A stretch of 64,000 nt of DNA from a virus. Both the position numbers and the translations under genes were made by a program. Shown here piece after piece: positions 1 through 8,424 of this stretch. Position 1 is the stretch's first letter; each line of letters opens with the position of its first letter. Location of the stretch: positions 64,001-128,000 of IMG/VR virus record IMGVR_UViG_3300045988_169015, one strand, 5' to 3'. The notes below the pieces were generated by a model. That model ran no database searches and was not told the origin of the DNA. It worked only from the letters and a program-made list of their open reading frames with translations.

Positions 1-215
1 CCGAATGTTTTCTGAATTTGTATTTCTTGTGTTTTATTTGGATAAAGCCTATATTTGAATGATTTAAACATTGGTTTGTTACCGCCTTTCTACATCACTG
101 TTATATCACAGCGAGCTTAACCCATCGTCTAAAGCCAATGGGATTGCGGCTGGTTTATTTTATTTCAAGTTTTAACATTGCAATAACCTCCATATCCAAT
201 ATTTCTACGCTATTT

Positions 216-300
216 TGGTACGAGAGATGGGCTTCGAACCCACACGCATTCCTGCAGCAGTTTTTGAGACTGCTCTGTCTGCCTATTCCAGCACTCTCGC
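216..300 (-). tRNA. tRNA-Leu(CAA), class II, CCA encoded
   Basis: Reverse complement folds with acceptor GCGAGAG/CTCTCGT (G1-U72), anticodon arm GCAGT-CTCAAAA-ACTGC, a long variable arm, T arm GTGGG-TTCGAAG-CCCAT and 3' ACCA. Confidence 0.8.
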
Positions 301-347
301 ATATTTCGTTAATAATATAGCAACTGACGTTAGCTATTATTAACATC

Positions 348-430
348 TGGTGCGGGTGACAGGACTTGAACCTGCACGCTTGCGCAATGGATCCTAAGTC
401 TATCGTGTCTGCCAATTTCACCACACCCGC
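348..430 (-). tRNA. tRNA-Leu(UAG), class II, CCA encoded
   Basis: Reverse complement has acceptor GCGGGTG/CACCCGC, anticodon loop CTTAGGA (one A-C mismatch in the stem), a long variable arm, T arm GCAGG-TTCAAGT-CCTGT and ACCA. Confidence 0.7.
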
Positions 431-434
431 ATGT

Positions 435-511
435 TGGTCTCCCAGATGGGATTCGAACCCATCCTGTAGGGATTTTAAGTCCCTTGTCTCCTGCCTCTGG
501 ACTACTGGGAG
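435..511 (-). tRNA. tRNA with anticodon UAA (Leu-type) but class I geometry (5-nt variable loop)
   Basis: Reverse complement reads CTCCCAG-TA-GTC..GAC-A-AGGGA-CTTAAAA-TCCCT-ACAGG-ATGGG-TTCGAAT-CCCAT-CTGGGAG-A-CCA. Confidence 0.65.
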
Positions 512-879
512 TTATGTGCCCGTCTTTCCGGGCTGCCACGATGTCCAGCTTCGACATCTGCCGATTCGGGTCTTACGGCGTGACAACATTTCTTATGTTG
601 CGCAACGAGCTGGATCCTTGCCCATCACACCCCTATACAGCGGTATTAAGGAACCCCTGCAAAACCTGTTTTTCACATTTCTGTTTTAACGTTATCTTGT
701 GAGTTCTGGCTTCTGCACCCGTAGGCGTCTCCAATAAGCCGAGGCTGTATTTAAACTTGCCCGATCTACCCCTCGTCAGGGTCTTGATCTCATCAGGAGA
801 CTTTGTACGTCCGCATTATAATTGTAACGGGCAACGGAGCACCCGTGCGGTCTCATTTCAATAACACCTATTCATACTA

Positions 880-952
880 CCAAAAGGATAGGACTCGAAC
901 CTATGACACCTCGGTTAACAGCCGAGTGCTCTACCAACTGAGCTACCTCTGC
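880..952 (-). tRNA. tRNA-Asn(GUU) with mismatched acceptor positions 1 and 2
   Basis: Reverse complement reads GCAGAGG-TA-GCTC-AGTTGGTA-GAGC-A-CTCGG-CTGTTAA-CCGAG-GTGTC-ATAGG-TTCGAGT-CCTAT-CCTTTTG-G. G1/G72 and C2/U71 do not pair. No CCA is encoded. Confidence 0.6.
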
Positions 953-1679
953 ACGAATACCACAGTCAGACTTATGCGTACACTCAATACGCTTATCTTC
1001 CAACTGTATAACGCTGAGTGCGTTTACTGTACCGTCCATACATTATTTTGTTTGGTTGTATTACGGTCTTATTATTGATACAAGTTAATCTGTATCTCAA
1101 CCACTCAGACAGTTATATTACCATACCGCAAGCTGATGTGGATTTTTTCAGTTACAAGGGTGACACTAAGATAGTCTCCGCCACGTTTTACCCCTTGTTG
1201 TCATCTGTTATGCAGCACAGATGATCTTGGCCACTGAGTTTTCACCTACAAGCTTTGTCTGCATCTGCTTATAGACACCATTGGTGAGCCGCTCGGGTAC
1301 TTACCCCGAATCTCCTTCTGCAGTTAGGCGGCTTGTCATTAGCCCAACGGCTCATATATGCACCCTTACTGACCCCAAGTAAATTATATTAAGGTGTAGG
1401 GTGCTTGTACTCGGTTTCAGGAATTAGCCATCTCTCTTTAACGACGCTCACCGGCATAATTATCGTATGGTCACTTCACCAAAAAGCAAATCCATACTCA
1501 ACGTTTTGATGATTTTTTCAAGCCCCATCCTCACAAGGCATCAGAATCAAGTCTGTAAACGTTCTTCTGGCTTAATTCCTATCACACTTGTCTTAGACTC
1601 AGAGTTGATGTCTCCTATTGCCTGTTCTCCCATTTAGAAAGGTCGGTAGTGTTCACCATGTAATTTGTAAATAATTTTA

Positions 1680-1754
1680 TGGATTCAGGTAACGGGATCG
1701 AACCGTTATTCTTAGAGCCAAAATCTAATGTTCTACCACTTAAACTAACCTGAA
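1680..1754 (-). tRNA. tRNA-Gln(UUG), CCA encoded
   Basis: Reverse complement reads TTCAGGT-TA-GTTT-AAGTGGTA-GAAC-A-TTAGA-TTTTGGC-TCTAA-GAAT-AACGG-TTCGATC-CCGTT-ACCTGAA-T-CCA. Confidence 0.75.
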
Positions 1755-2208
1755 ATATTTGTGCAGCTTAACGTACCGCACATGAGATTTCTCAACGATA
1801 GGATACTATGTTAATCTATAAATTATCCACCATCAACCAGCCCCGAGGATCACACACAGCCGATGGATTCGCCGCTTTAACCTATATCGGGGATTTCTAT
1901 GAACTCTATGATTTACAATTTACAATTTGAACTTTGAAGTGCAGCAAGTCTGCCATCAAGTACGCACGTTTGCTACTATAAATTCTGAACTTTAATGTTT
2001 AAAACAATTAAGCTTTGAATTTTAAACTTTCAGCTATTATTCGGACTTTAAACTCTGCCCGAAAACATCGTAGATACTCGATATTCTTAATATCTTTAGC
2101 ATTTGGAAGCTTTTACAGTTTCAAATTGTTTTGTTCATCATTTTAGACTGTTGATGTTCAGTTGAAACCAGTTAAGTGTTTTCGGTTGACGATGGATAAT
2201 CAGCTTAA

Positions 2209-2865
2209 TCAGTAGTTAATTTCGATTTCGGTGGTTGCATTTGCCACTGTAATGGCTGCGTCCACCTCAGCTTCGAAAGCGTCGATCTTATTTTTCAAGT
2301 CTTCGATTGCCTTCTTTGTGTCAATACCCTCGATAAGATCAAAAGTATTTTCATCGATGTACTTTGCTCTCGCCGCATTTATGATTTCCACCATTTCATC
2401 GGAAATAGTGTTATTACTGCTGTTTGTTCCATAAAGACCAATGATATATGTCTCGCAGGCTTTTGTCAGCTTCTCTCCGTTGTTATTCTGGAGCAGACTC
2501 TGCGTATTTGTATATTGAGTTGCCATGGTATTGAGCAGAGCCTTCATATAATCAATACCCGTCTGTTTCATATAAATAGCTTCGGCAACAGTCATTTGCT
2601 CTCCACCGATAGATACGATTGTGGAAGCGTTTGCCTTATTCACTGCCTTCTTGATGGCATTATTCCTGTTGATGAGAGCGACTATTTTATCGTAGCTGCC
2701 CTGCATCTCTGCCTTTACGTCAGTGATATTTTTGCCGTTTAGCGTGCGCATTGTATGCTTGCTTACGTTGCAGAATGTCGCACTGCGAATCTCTGCTGTG
2801 ATTCTGTTACCGAGCACCTTCAGCTCGGAAAGTGCCTTTGCGATCGTCATTTTTTCGTTGGTCAT
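2209..2865 (-). CDS. hypothetical coiled-coil protein
   Basis: The ORF track gives 2209..2904. The ATG at 2865 is preceded by GGAGGAG 5 nt upstream, so the start is probably MTNEKMTIAK. Confidence 0.7.
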   Translation of the reverse strand: MTNEKMTIAKALSELKVLGNRITAEIRSATFCNVSKHTMRTLNGKNITDVKAEMQGSYDKIVALINRNNAIKKAVNKANASTIVSIGGEQMTVAEAIYMKQTGIDYMKALLNTMATQYTNTQSLLQNNNGEKLTKACETYIIGLYGTNSSNNTISDEMVEIINAARAKYIDENTFDLIEGIDTKKAIEDLKNKIDAFEAEVDAAITVANATTEIEINY

Positions 2866-2947
2866 GATGACTCCTCCTTGATTTTTAAATTGTAAAATAT
2901 CCAATATGTTTTCGCACTAATAAATAATAGTATAAAAAACATATATT

Positions 2948-3023
2948 TGGTGAGCCATTGGGGATTTGAACCCCAGACCAATAGTTTAAAAGACTACTGC
3001 TCTACCGACTGAGCTAATGACTC
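2948..3023 (-). tRNA. tRNA-Lys(UUU), CCA encoded
   Basis: Reverse complement reads GAGTCAT-TA-GCTC-AGTCGGTA-GAGC-A-GTAGT-CTTTTAA-ACTAT-TGGTC-TGGGG-TTCAAAT-CCCCA-ATGGCTC-A-CCA. Confidence 0.8.
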
Positions 3024-3323
3024 ATAATTTTTCATACTTTGATTTTACAATTTATACCTGACAAAAATATAATTATGAACATTTTTGTAACTTACGGTTA
3101 CGGGTTAAATAACATCTCCGATATTCCACCCAGCAGCCCCATCAAGAGTTGATGAAAGAATGTTCATTATATCCAATATGTTTTGGACTTCTTGGAATAA
3201 CGGCTCATTTCTGAACCGTTCTCCCTTGACTGTATTTATATTATATCAGATGAGTTTAAACTTGTCAAGCGATTGTGGATGTTGCTAAAAATTTTTATGT
3301 ACTGCCTTACATAAGGCAGCGGA

Positions 3324-4262
3324 TCATTTATAGAAAACGTTTTTCCAATTCTGATAATCACGATATGTGCTATAACCAATTTTTTTCTGATTTGAAATAG
3401 CAAACACTCTAAAATAATCCGATATATTGTTTGATGTGATCTCCTTTCCCTTCTTCTCGTCGAGATATGCACGATAAAAATTACCGGATCTCATTATCCA
3501 AGTGGGAACAAGAACTTTACCATAATACTTATTATCAATATCAACCTCCATTCTGTCCCATGCTCTTCTGCGCTGAGCATGGAAATTATCGTTGATCTGA
3601 CCGAGGGAATTCTTTTTATTCTTAGCTCTTATCAGATAAATAGACTGAGCAAATGGCATAACACTATCGTTTATTACGACACTATCCATGTTCTTATACT
3701 CGTTAATTATTTCAGCAAAACGATCTGATACTATAATAGTATCGTCTCCAACTTTTATACGATTGCCCTGCACATCTGATTTTTTCAGATTATAGATTTC
3801 AACATTGCATAATCCATTCCAGTACAAACCATAAAAAGCCTGATACCAAATTATCATGGAGGAATCCTGTTCCATCATAACACTGCTGATACAATCCAAT
3901 AAATCATTTTCGTCTGCAAACATTTCGGTCATGATTTTCCATCTTGGATTTATGTCTTCGCTTATAACTCTTTTAAGTTCATTTATGGTATCGCTTGAAC
4001 AGTATCCCATCTTGGTTGCCCATTCTATATACCTATTTATAATACTCTTGCTGTTAAGCATGGTGTTGGTGTTAATGATTTTATTTCTCTCAAACAAAAG
4101 CTTAAAATCGTTATAATTAAAATCATATAGGTCTTTTTTAAGAAGCTCTTCAGTGTCGGAAAATTTTTCAAACTTATACATATAGGTATTGCAAGACATG
4201 TCCGTATAGCTTCCTTCTTTCATGCTTGCTAAGAATTCGAGCTTTTTTTCCTCATTATACAT
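3324..4262 (-). CDS. hypothetical protein, weakly tyrosine-recombinase-like but lacking the catalytic Arg (GLC in place of GLR)
   Basis: 312-aa ORF overlapping the upstream DGQHR gene by 8 nt (operon). The recombinase resemblance is only a box-I-like NGLCNVEIYNLKKSDV and the C-terminal MRSGNFYRAYL. Confidence 0.6.
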   Translation of the reverse strand: MYNEEKKLEFLASMKEGSYTDMSCNTYMYKFEKFSDTEELLKKDLYDFNYNDFKLLFERNKIINTNTMLNSKSIINRYIEWATKMGYCSSDTINELKRVISEDINPRWKIMTEMFADENDLLDCISSVMMEQDSSMIIWYQAFYGLYWNGLCNVEIYNLKKSDVQGNRIKVGDDTIIVSDRFAEIINEYKNMDSVVINDSVMPFAQSIYLIRAKNKKNSLGQINDNFHAQRRRAWDRMEVDIDNKYYGKVLVPTWIMRSGNFYRAYLDEKKGKEITSNNISDYFRVFAISNQKKIGYSTYRDYQNWKNVFYK

Positions 4263-5493
4263 TCTTCTCCCCCATTTCTTTATTGATTATTTCTATACTC
4301 TTTTTTGAATTTAAAAAATCCAATTTAGGAAAAACAGCAGCAAGTTCATCTTCCCAGCCTGAACGATTCTGAAGTTTACTACTTAAATAAACATAGATCG
4401 GAAATACAGAATTTTTGGCAGAGATACTCTTTTTATAACCTACAAACGCATCATAATTGATACTTGCAAGCTCATTAAAAAATTTAATAAGCCATTCTGC
4501 AACTTTACTCTGTTCCTTGACCGTTCTTGCAGAATAATACTTATCAATGGCAGCTGCAAAATCCGATTTAAGAATAAAGCCCTGACCGACCTGAATTCCT
4601 TGCTGAGTATCACAGAACTTGTAAATGCCGTCAAGCTCGCCGCTGCCAATAATCTTTTTCAGAACATTGTTTCCCATAGTATATTTGTATTGAGCCACTA
4701 CGCTCTTATTGATGGGGGCACGTTCTTCGTCTTGATTGATGATTCTCTGAGCAGTTGCACGAGAGCCTATTGTCAGAACAATGGGCATAGTCATTATAAT
4801 ATTCGGATTATTCATAAGAGCATACTCGCTGCCTTTATCTCGATGCTGACCATCGATCTCGGCAATATAACCTGATTTCAATATAACTCTATCATCTTTT
4901 ACCTCATAGTCAGATTCGTCCGCCACGATATGCCAACGAAGAGAATTTGGAAAGAACGTTCCGTCGCTCATAGACTTTCCGATTGCTCTGGCACGGTTGT
5001 CATCATATTTGATATGACTTATAAAGTCATTATCAGAAAGCTTGGTAATGACAGTTTCTCTTTGCATTCCTTCTTTCCACTGTATAAGACCGGCAGATTT
5101 TAGATTCGCAATATCCTGTATGGATAACGCTGTCAGATAATTATCATTATCCGTAAGCCTTGCCAGTATTGGGAAGGCTATCGGTAATTTGGAATAGCCT
5201 CTTTTGATATAAGCAGAATTAGCCTCGGTGATTTCCGAGGCAGTAAAAAAATGTGAAACATCAGGAATTTTCAATGCGGCGCTATGTTTCGACACAGCTT
5301 CATACAGCCAACACAGCACAATATCTGATACGTTTTCCAAGTCGGGATTAGACATAAGAGGACCAAGTTCTCCCCATGTCATTTTGCCGGTATCCACAAG
5401 CTCAGCGGAATAAATGTCTTGGCATACGTTAAGCTTTGTCGAAAATAATCTTTTTAATATCGCTATGGCTTCGTTTCTTTTTGACACATTCAT
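4255..5493 (-). CDS. DGQHR-domain (DndB/ParB-like) protein
   Basis: Literal motif AEIDGQHRDKG. The ORF track gives 4255..5508. The second ATG at 5493 has GGAG 9 nt upstream. Confidence 0.7.
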   Translation of the reverse strand: MNVSKRNEAIAILKRLFSTKLNVCQDIYSAELVDTGKMTWGELGPLMSNPDLENVSDIVLCWLYEAVSKHSAALKIPDVSHFFTASEITEANSAYIKRGYSKLPIAFPILARLTDNDNYLTALSIQDIANLKSAGLIQWKEGMQRETVITKLSDNDFISHIKYDDNRARAIGKSMSDGTFFPNSLRWHIVADESDYEVKDDRVILKSGYIAEIDGQHRDKGSEYALMNNPNIIMTMPIVLTIGSRATAQRIINQDEERAPINKSVVAQYKYTMGNNVLKKIIGSGELDGIYKFCDTQQGIQVGQGFILKSDFAAAIDKYYSARTVKEQSKVAEWLIKFFNELASINYDAFVGYKKSISAKNSVFPIYVYLSSKLQNRSGWEDELAAVFPKLDFLNSKKSIEIINKEMGEKNV

Positions 5494-5570
5494 GTTATCA
5501 CACTCCATATATTATGATAAAGTAGTATATGCTTGTATTTGCTTTATTATAACACATGTTTTCAAATATG

Positions 5571-5987
5571 TCAAGAGAAATTCAGGATTTTCTGAAAGCG
5601 CTGTGTCTTATGCACATTGCTCTCGAAAGCTTTTAAGACAAGAGGAGTCGCCATTATCATAGCTGTCGCAATTCTTTCAAGCTGTTTATCGCTCAGATGC
5701 CCAACAATTTCAATTATCTGAAATTTGTTAATGACCCATTGGCTTTCGGCTTCAAAAGTCGTATTTCTTGGCAGCCCTTGAATTTCTCCGGCTTTAAAGT
5801 GTGCATGAGTTGGAAGCGTGCTGTCATCTCTTTTTGTAGTTCCCGGAAGAACCTCTACTGTAGGAGAAACTTTATTTCCAATGTTGTTTGAAACAACGAC
5901 AGCATATCTTTCTCCGCCCTGCTGATGCCCGATGGCATTTGGCAGTGTTATTCTGACTACATCTCCTGTTTTAACGTTCATTGACAA
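5571..5987 (-). CDS. mazF: MazF/PemK/EndoA-family endoribonuclease toxin
   Basis: GDVVRITLPNAIGHQQGGERYAVVVSNNIGNKVSPT ... LPTHAHF ... closely follows the B. subtilis EndoA pattern ([32 protein letters not shown]). Confidence 0.85.
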   Translation of the reverse strand: MSMNVKTGDVVRITLPNAIGHQQGGERYAVVVSNNIGNKVSPTVEVLPGTTKRDDSTLPTHAHFKAGEIQGLPRNTTFEAESQWVINKFQIIEIVGHLSDKQLERIATAMIMATPLVLKAFESNVHKTQRFQKILNFS

Positions 5988-6004
5988 GTTCTCCTTTCAT
6001 AGAA

Positions 6005-6400
6005 TCAAGCGGGCTTTTTCATATTTTTGCTTGGCAACAAAGCCGAAGCAAGATTAACAACATCTATTATTTCAACAGAAGCTTTAACGAAGCCCGGAAA
6101 ATCAAAATTTGTTTTTATAAACTCCTCATACATTTGTTCATTGGGAGCGTATTCATCTATATAATAGTATGTATCTCCAAAGTTTGGTATTCCATTAAGC
6201 AGCGGAACAAATATGCTAAAGTAATACCACTGATCATCATAGTCGAGTTCCTTTTTTAAAGTATCAATTACCAATCTTTCCCGGACTGCAAGCGGAAGCT
6301 GGAACCAGTCCAGCTTCATTTCTGCAAATCCGTTGTGAATATTCGTTGATGTGATAATATTCTTGCTGAATTCAAGATTGAAGTTATCGATTAATCTCAT
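6005..6400 (-). CDS. hypothetical acidic protein, positional candidate antitoxin or immunity partner of MazF
   Basis: The ORF track gives 6005..6436. The ATG at 6400 forms an ATGA overlap with the stop of the upstream gene. The ORF ends 17 nt before mazF. Confidence 0.6.
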   Translation of the reverse strand: MRLIDNFNLEFSKNIITSTNIHNGFAEMKLDWFQLPLAVRERLVIDTLKKELDYDDQWYYFSIFVPLLNGIPNFGDTYYYIDEYAPNEQMYEEFIKTNFDFPGFVKASVEIIDVVNLASALLPSKNMKKPA

Positions 6401-7578
6401 ACTTGCTCGCTGCCTTTCTGATAATTTCTGTTCCATGTGTCAGGTGGAAGTTCTTCTGCCAGCATATCTGCATTTCTTTCCAGGATTTCTTTGCTGTCAG
6501 GGCGAAGGCACTTGGGGTTATTGGTTTTTTCATCCATTCTATATTTGGAACATTCCGCATGGCAAAACTCTTTTGTATCCAACCAGTTTTGCATATATTG
6601 TTCATCGTAATAATAACCAAGACAATTCAGAAGCTTGCACATGAATCTCTTTAAATAAATAGGATCTTCAAGAGCTAATACGACTTCTAATACTTTGCAA
6701 ACGTTTTTAAAGTTTTGATTTATGATTTCTTCTTCCCTTGAGTAAAATAAATGCTTTTGAGGCTGTCCAAGGAGTGTCTCAGTAAATAGGTTTCGAGCAT
6801 TATTGGGACGACGATTTGCAATTCCGTAAGTAATTCTTTCCAGAACATCGCTGTCGTAATATAACCCAACGGCTTTTGCCTCCCTTAATTTTTCTGCTTT
6901 TTCCAATGGCAAAAACTTGTCAAGGTCAGATTGACGATAATTTATATAAAAAATATAGTACTTATCAAACAGTTCCAGATACCCGGGACGGGGAGAAAAG
7001 GGGCCACTTCTATCATAAGGGTCATAGACACATTTGGCCATAAGCCTAAACTCTGAGGTATGACTAAGCTTTTCCATTACAATTTCATCATAATAATACC
7101 CCAGAATATTAAGAATTCTACACGTAAGTCCTTCGATATACATTGATTCATCACTGTTTTTTGCAACATATGCCATGATCCTAAAATCATGATAATCAAA
7201 AAAGCGACGAACAGTATCTATTTTTTCCTTATCGAGTAAAGGAGATGGAAATTGATCTCCATTAAAAAAAACGGTTCCATTAAACCTGTTAATATCTGAA
7301 GAAGAGATATCTTCATCACGACGTGCCGCAAACTCAAGAATCGTCAATGTTATACTTATTTGGAATTTTTCATCATAAATAAGCCCCAGCTCTGTCGCCT
7401 TGTTAATATTTGTAATCTTTTCTTCAATGCTGCCGACTCTGGCATATTCAGCTGCAGCTATTCTGGATTCTTTAGCGGCTTCTAATTTTGCATCTACACA
7501 TGTTTCTTTAACCTTTTCATGCACCACAGCGCCGCCAATACCAAGCCATGTAAAAATAGTACTTACCAATCCAAGCAT
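6397..7578 (-). CDS. membrane-anchored protein with internal duplication
   Basis: 393 aa with a hydrophobic N-terminus. Two similar modules are present: ...ILNILGYYYDEIVMEKLSHTSEF... and ...LLNCLGYYYDEQYMQNWLDTKEF... Confidence 0.65.
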   Translation of the reverse strand: MLGLVSTIFTWLGIGGAVVHEKVKETCVDAKLEAAKESRIAAAEYARVGSIEEKITNINKATELGLIYDEKFQISITLTILEFAARRDEDISSSDINRFNGTVFFNGDQFPSPLLDKEKIDTVRRFFDYHDFRIMAYVAKNSDESMYIEGLTCRILNILGYYYDEIVMEKLSHTSEFRLMAKCVYDPYDRSGPFSPRPGYLELFDKYYIFYINYRQSDLDKFLPLEKAEKLREAKAVGLYYDSDVLERITYGIANRRPNNARNLFTETLLGQPQKHLFYSREEEIINQNFKNVCKVLEVVLALEDPIYLKRFMCKLLNCLGYYYDEQYMQNWLDTKEFCHAECSKYRMDEKTNNPKCLRPDSKEILERNADMLAEELPPDTWNRNYQKGSEQV

Positions 7579-7580
7579 TA

Positions 7581-7766
7581 TTATTCTCCTTTCTTATTTC
7601 GCAATTCTGCATTGCGCTTTCTTGCTTCTGCAAGTCTCCTCATTAAGTCTTCACGAGCAGCTTGTTCGGCGGCTTTAGCTTCTCTTTCATCGTCGTCTTC
7701 AACCGATTTAACAAGAAAGAAAATTAAAGGATATGCAAAAATGATAATTAGTATAATTATTTCCAT
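7581..7766 (-). CDS. small membrane protein with a charged tail
   Basis: 61-aa ORF with a hydrophobic N-terminus, abutting neighbouring genes. Confidence 0.5.
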   Translation of the reverse strand: MEIIILIIIFAYPLIFFLVKSVEDDDEREAKAAEQAAREDLMRRLAEARKRNAELRNKKGE

Positions 7767-7778
7767 ATATACACCCTC

Positions 7779-8018
7779 TTACACGTCCATTTCCAAAGCT
7801 TCATTCAGTTCGGAAAAGGCTTCATCAAAAGCATCGGCGGCAGAATTAAGGTGATCGATATATTCCTGCATTGCGTCGCCCTTCTCGCTTTCTTGATTTT
7901 TTTCAGACCATTTATCAAACCTTTCCTGTGCTTTGTCGGCCGCTTCTCTTACGACCGTTGCAAAATCGACTGTATCATTCATCTGGGAAAGTGCCATAAT
8001 TCTATTCATGTTTTCCAT
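7779..8018 (-). CDS. hypothetical acidic helical protein
   Basis: 79-aa ORF immediately downstream of the hicA-like gene. Confidence 0.55.
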   Translation of the reverse strand: MENMNRIMALSQMNDTVDFATVVREAADKAQERFDKWSEKNQESEKGDAMQEYIDHLNSAADAFDEAFSELNEALEMDV

Positions 8019-8034
8019 TTGTAAAATCCTCCAT

Positions 8035-8232
8035 TTAATTTAATATCAAATTATTTTCCTTGACAATTCTCAGAAAAAGCATTTTATTAACTGTCTTTTT
8101 CTGAGACGGAATTGAAACGCTGCAATTACCGTTTGAATAAATACGATGACTGCCGTGAGTTCTAAGATATGTAAACCCATTCCGTGATAATATATCCTGC
8201 ACTTCTCGCACAGAATATTCTTTTATAAACAT
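8035..8232 (-). CDS. hicA: HicA/YcfA-family toxin-like protein
   Basis: 65 aa. LSRNGFTYLRTHGSHRIY fits the HicA pattern (..GF....kGSH..y). Confidence 0.7.
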   Translation of the reverse strand: MFIKEYSVREVQDILSRNGFTYLRTHGSHRIYSNGNCSVSIPSQKKTVNKMLFLRIVKENNLILN

Positions 8233-8331
8233 CTTTAGACCTCCTTATATATTTTGCCATACTAATTATAGCACACGATCTGGTCGGAAAATCGGACAGC
8301 AAATGTGTATGACAAGAAATAATTAGTTTAC

Positions 8332-8360
8332 TTGACTTTTATCACGAAATGTGGTATAAT
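8332..8360 (+). promoter_or_regulatory. consensus sigma70-type promoter towards the repressor gene
   Basis: TTGACT (8332-8337), 17-nt spacer, TGg-TATAAT (8355-8360). Confidence 0.7.
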
Positions 8361-8367
8361 AATACTA

Positions 8368-8387
8368 AAGTTGAGAATATTCAACTT
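8368..8387. promoter_or_regulatory. palindromic operator candidate
   Basis: AAGTTGA-gaatat-TCAACTT lies between the two predicted transcription start sites. Confidence 0.55.
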
Positions 8388-8395
8388 ATAATATG

Positions 8396-8424
8396 ATTAT
8401 ATACGCTTTTGAACGTAAAGTCAA
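8396..8424 (-). promoter_or_regulatory. consensus sigma70-type promoter towards the hicA operon
   Basis: The minus strand reads TTGACT (8424-8419), 17-nt spacer, TATAAT (8401-8396). It faces the plus-strand promoter. Confidence 0.7.

Noticed and set aside
138-1224. Track ORFs overlapping the tRNA genes and spacers
   Set aside because: They run across or antisense to well-folded tRNAs, are short, and lack SD sites.
1293-1345. tRNA/tmRNA-like 3' end (minus strand reads ...TCGGGGTAAGTACCCGAGCGGCTCACCA)
   Set aside because: It has a non-canonical T-loop, the candidate 5' acceptor partner is only about 55 nt away with a 17-nt insertion, and no D or anticodon arms or tag ORF are present. It is probably fortuitous.
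1927-2054. Five copies of an RACTTTRA-like string that could be iterons
   Set aside because: The motif is very short in an AT-rich, low-complexity stretch, the copies are imperfect, and the spacing is irregular. It is not distinguishable from chance by eye.
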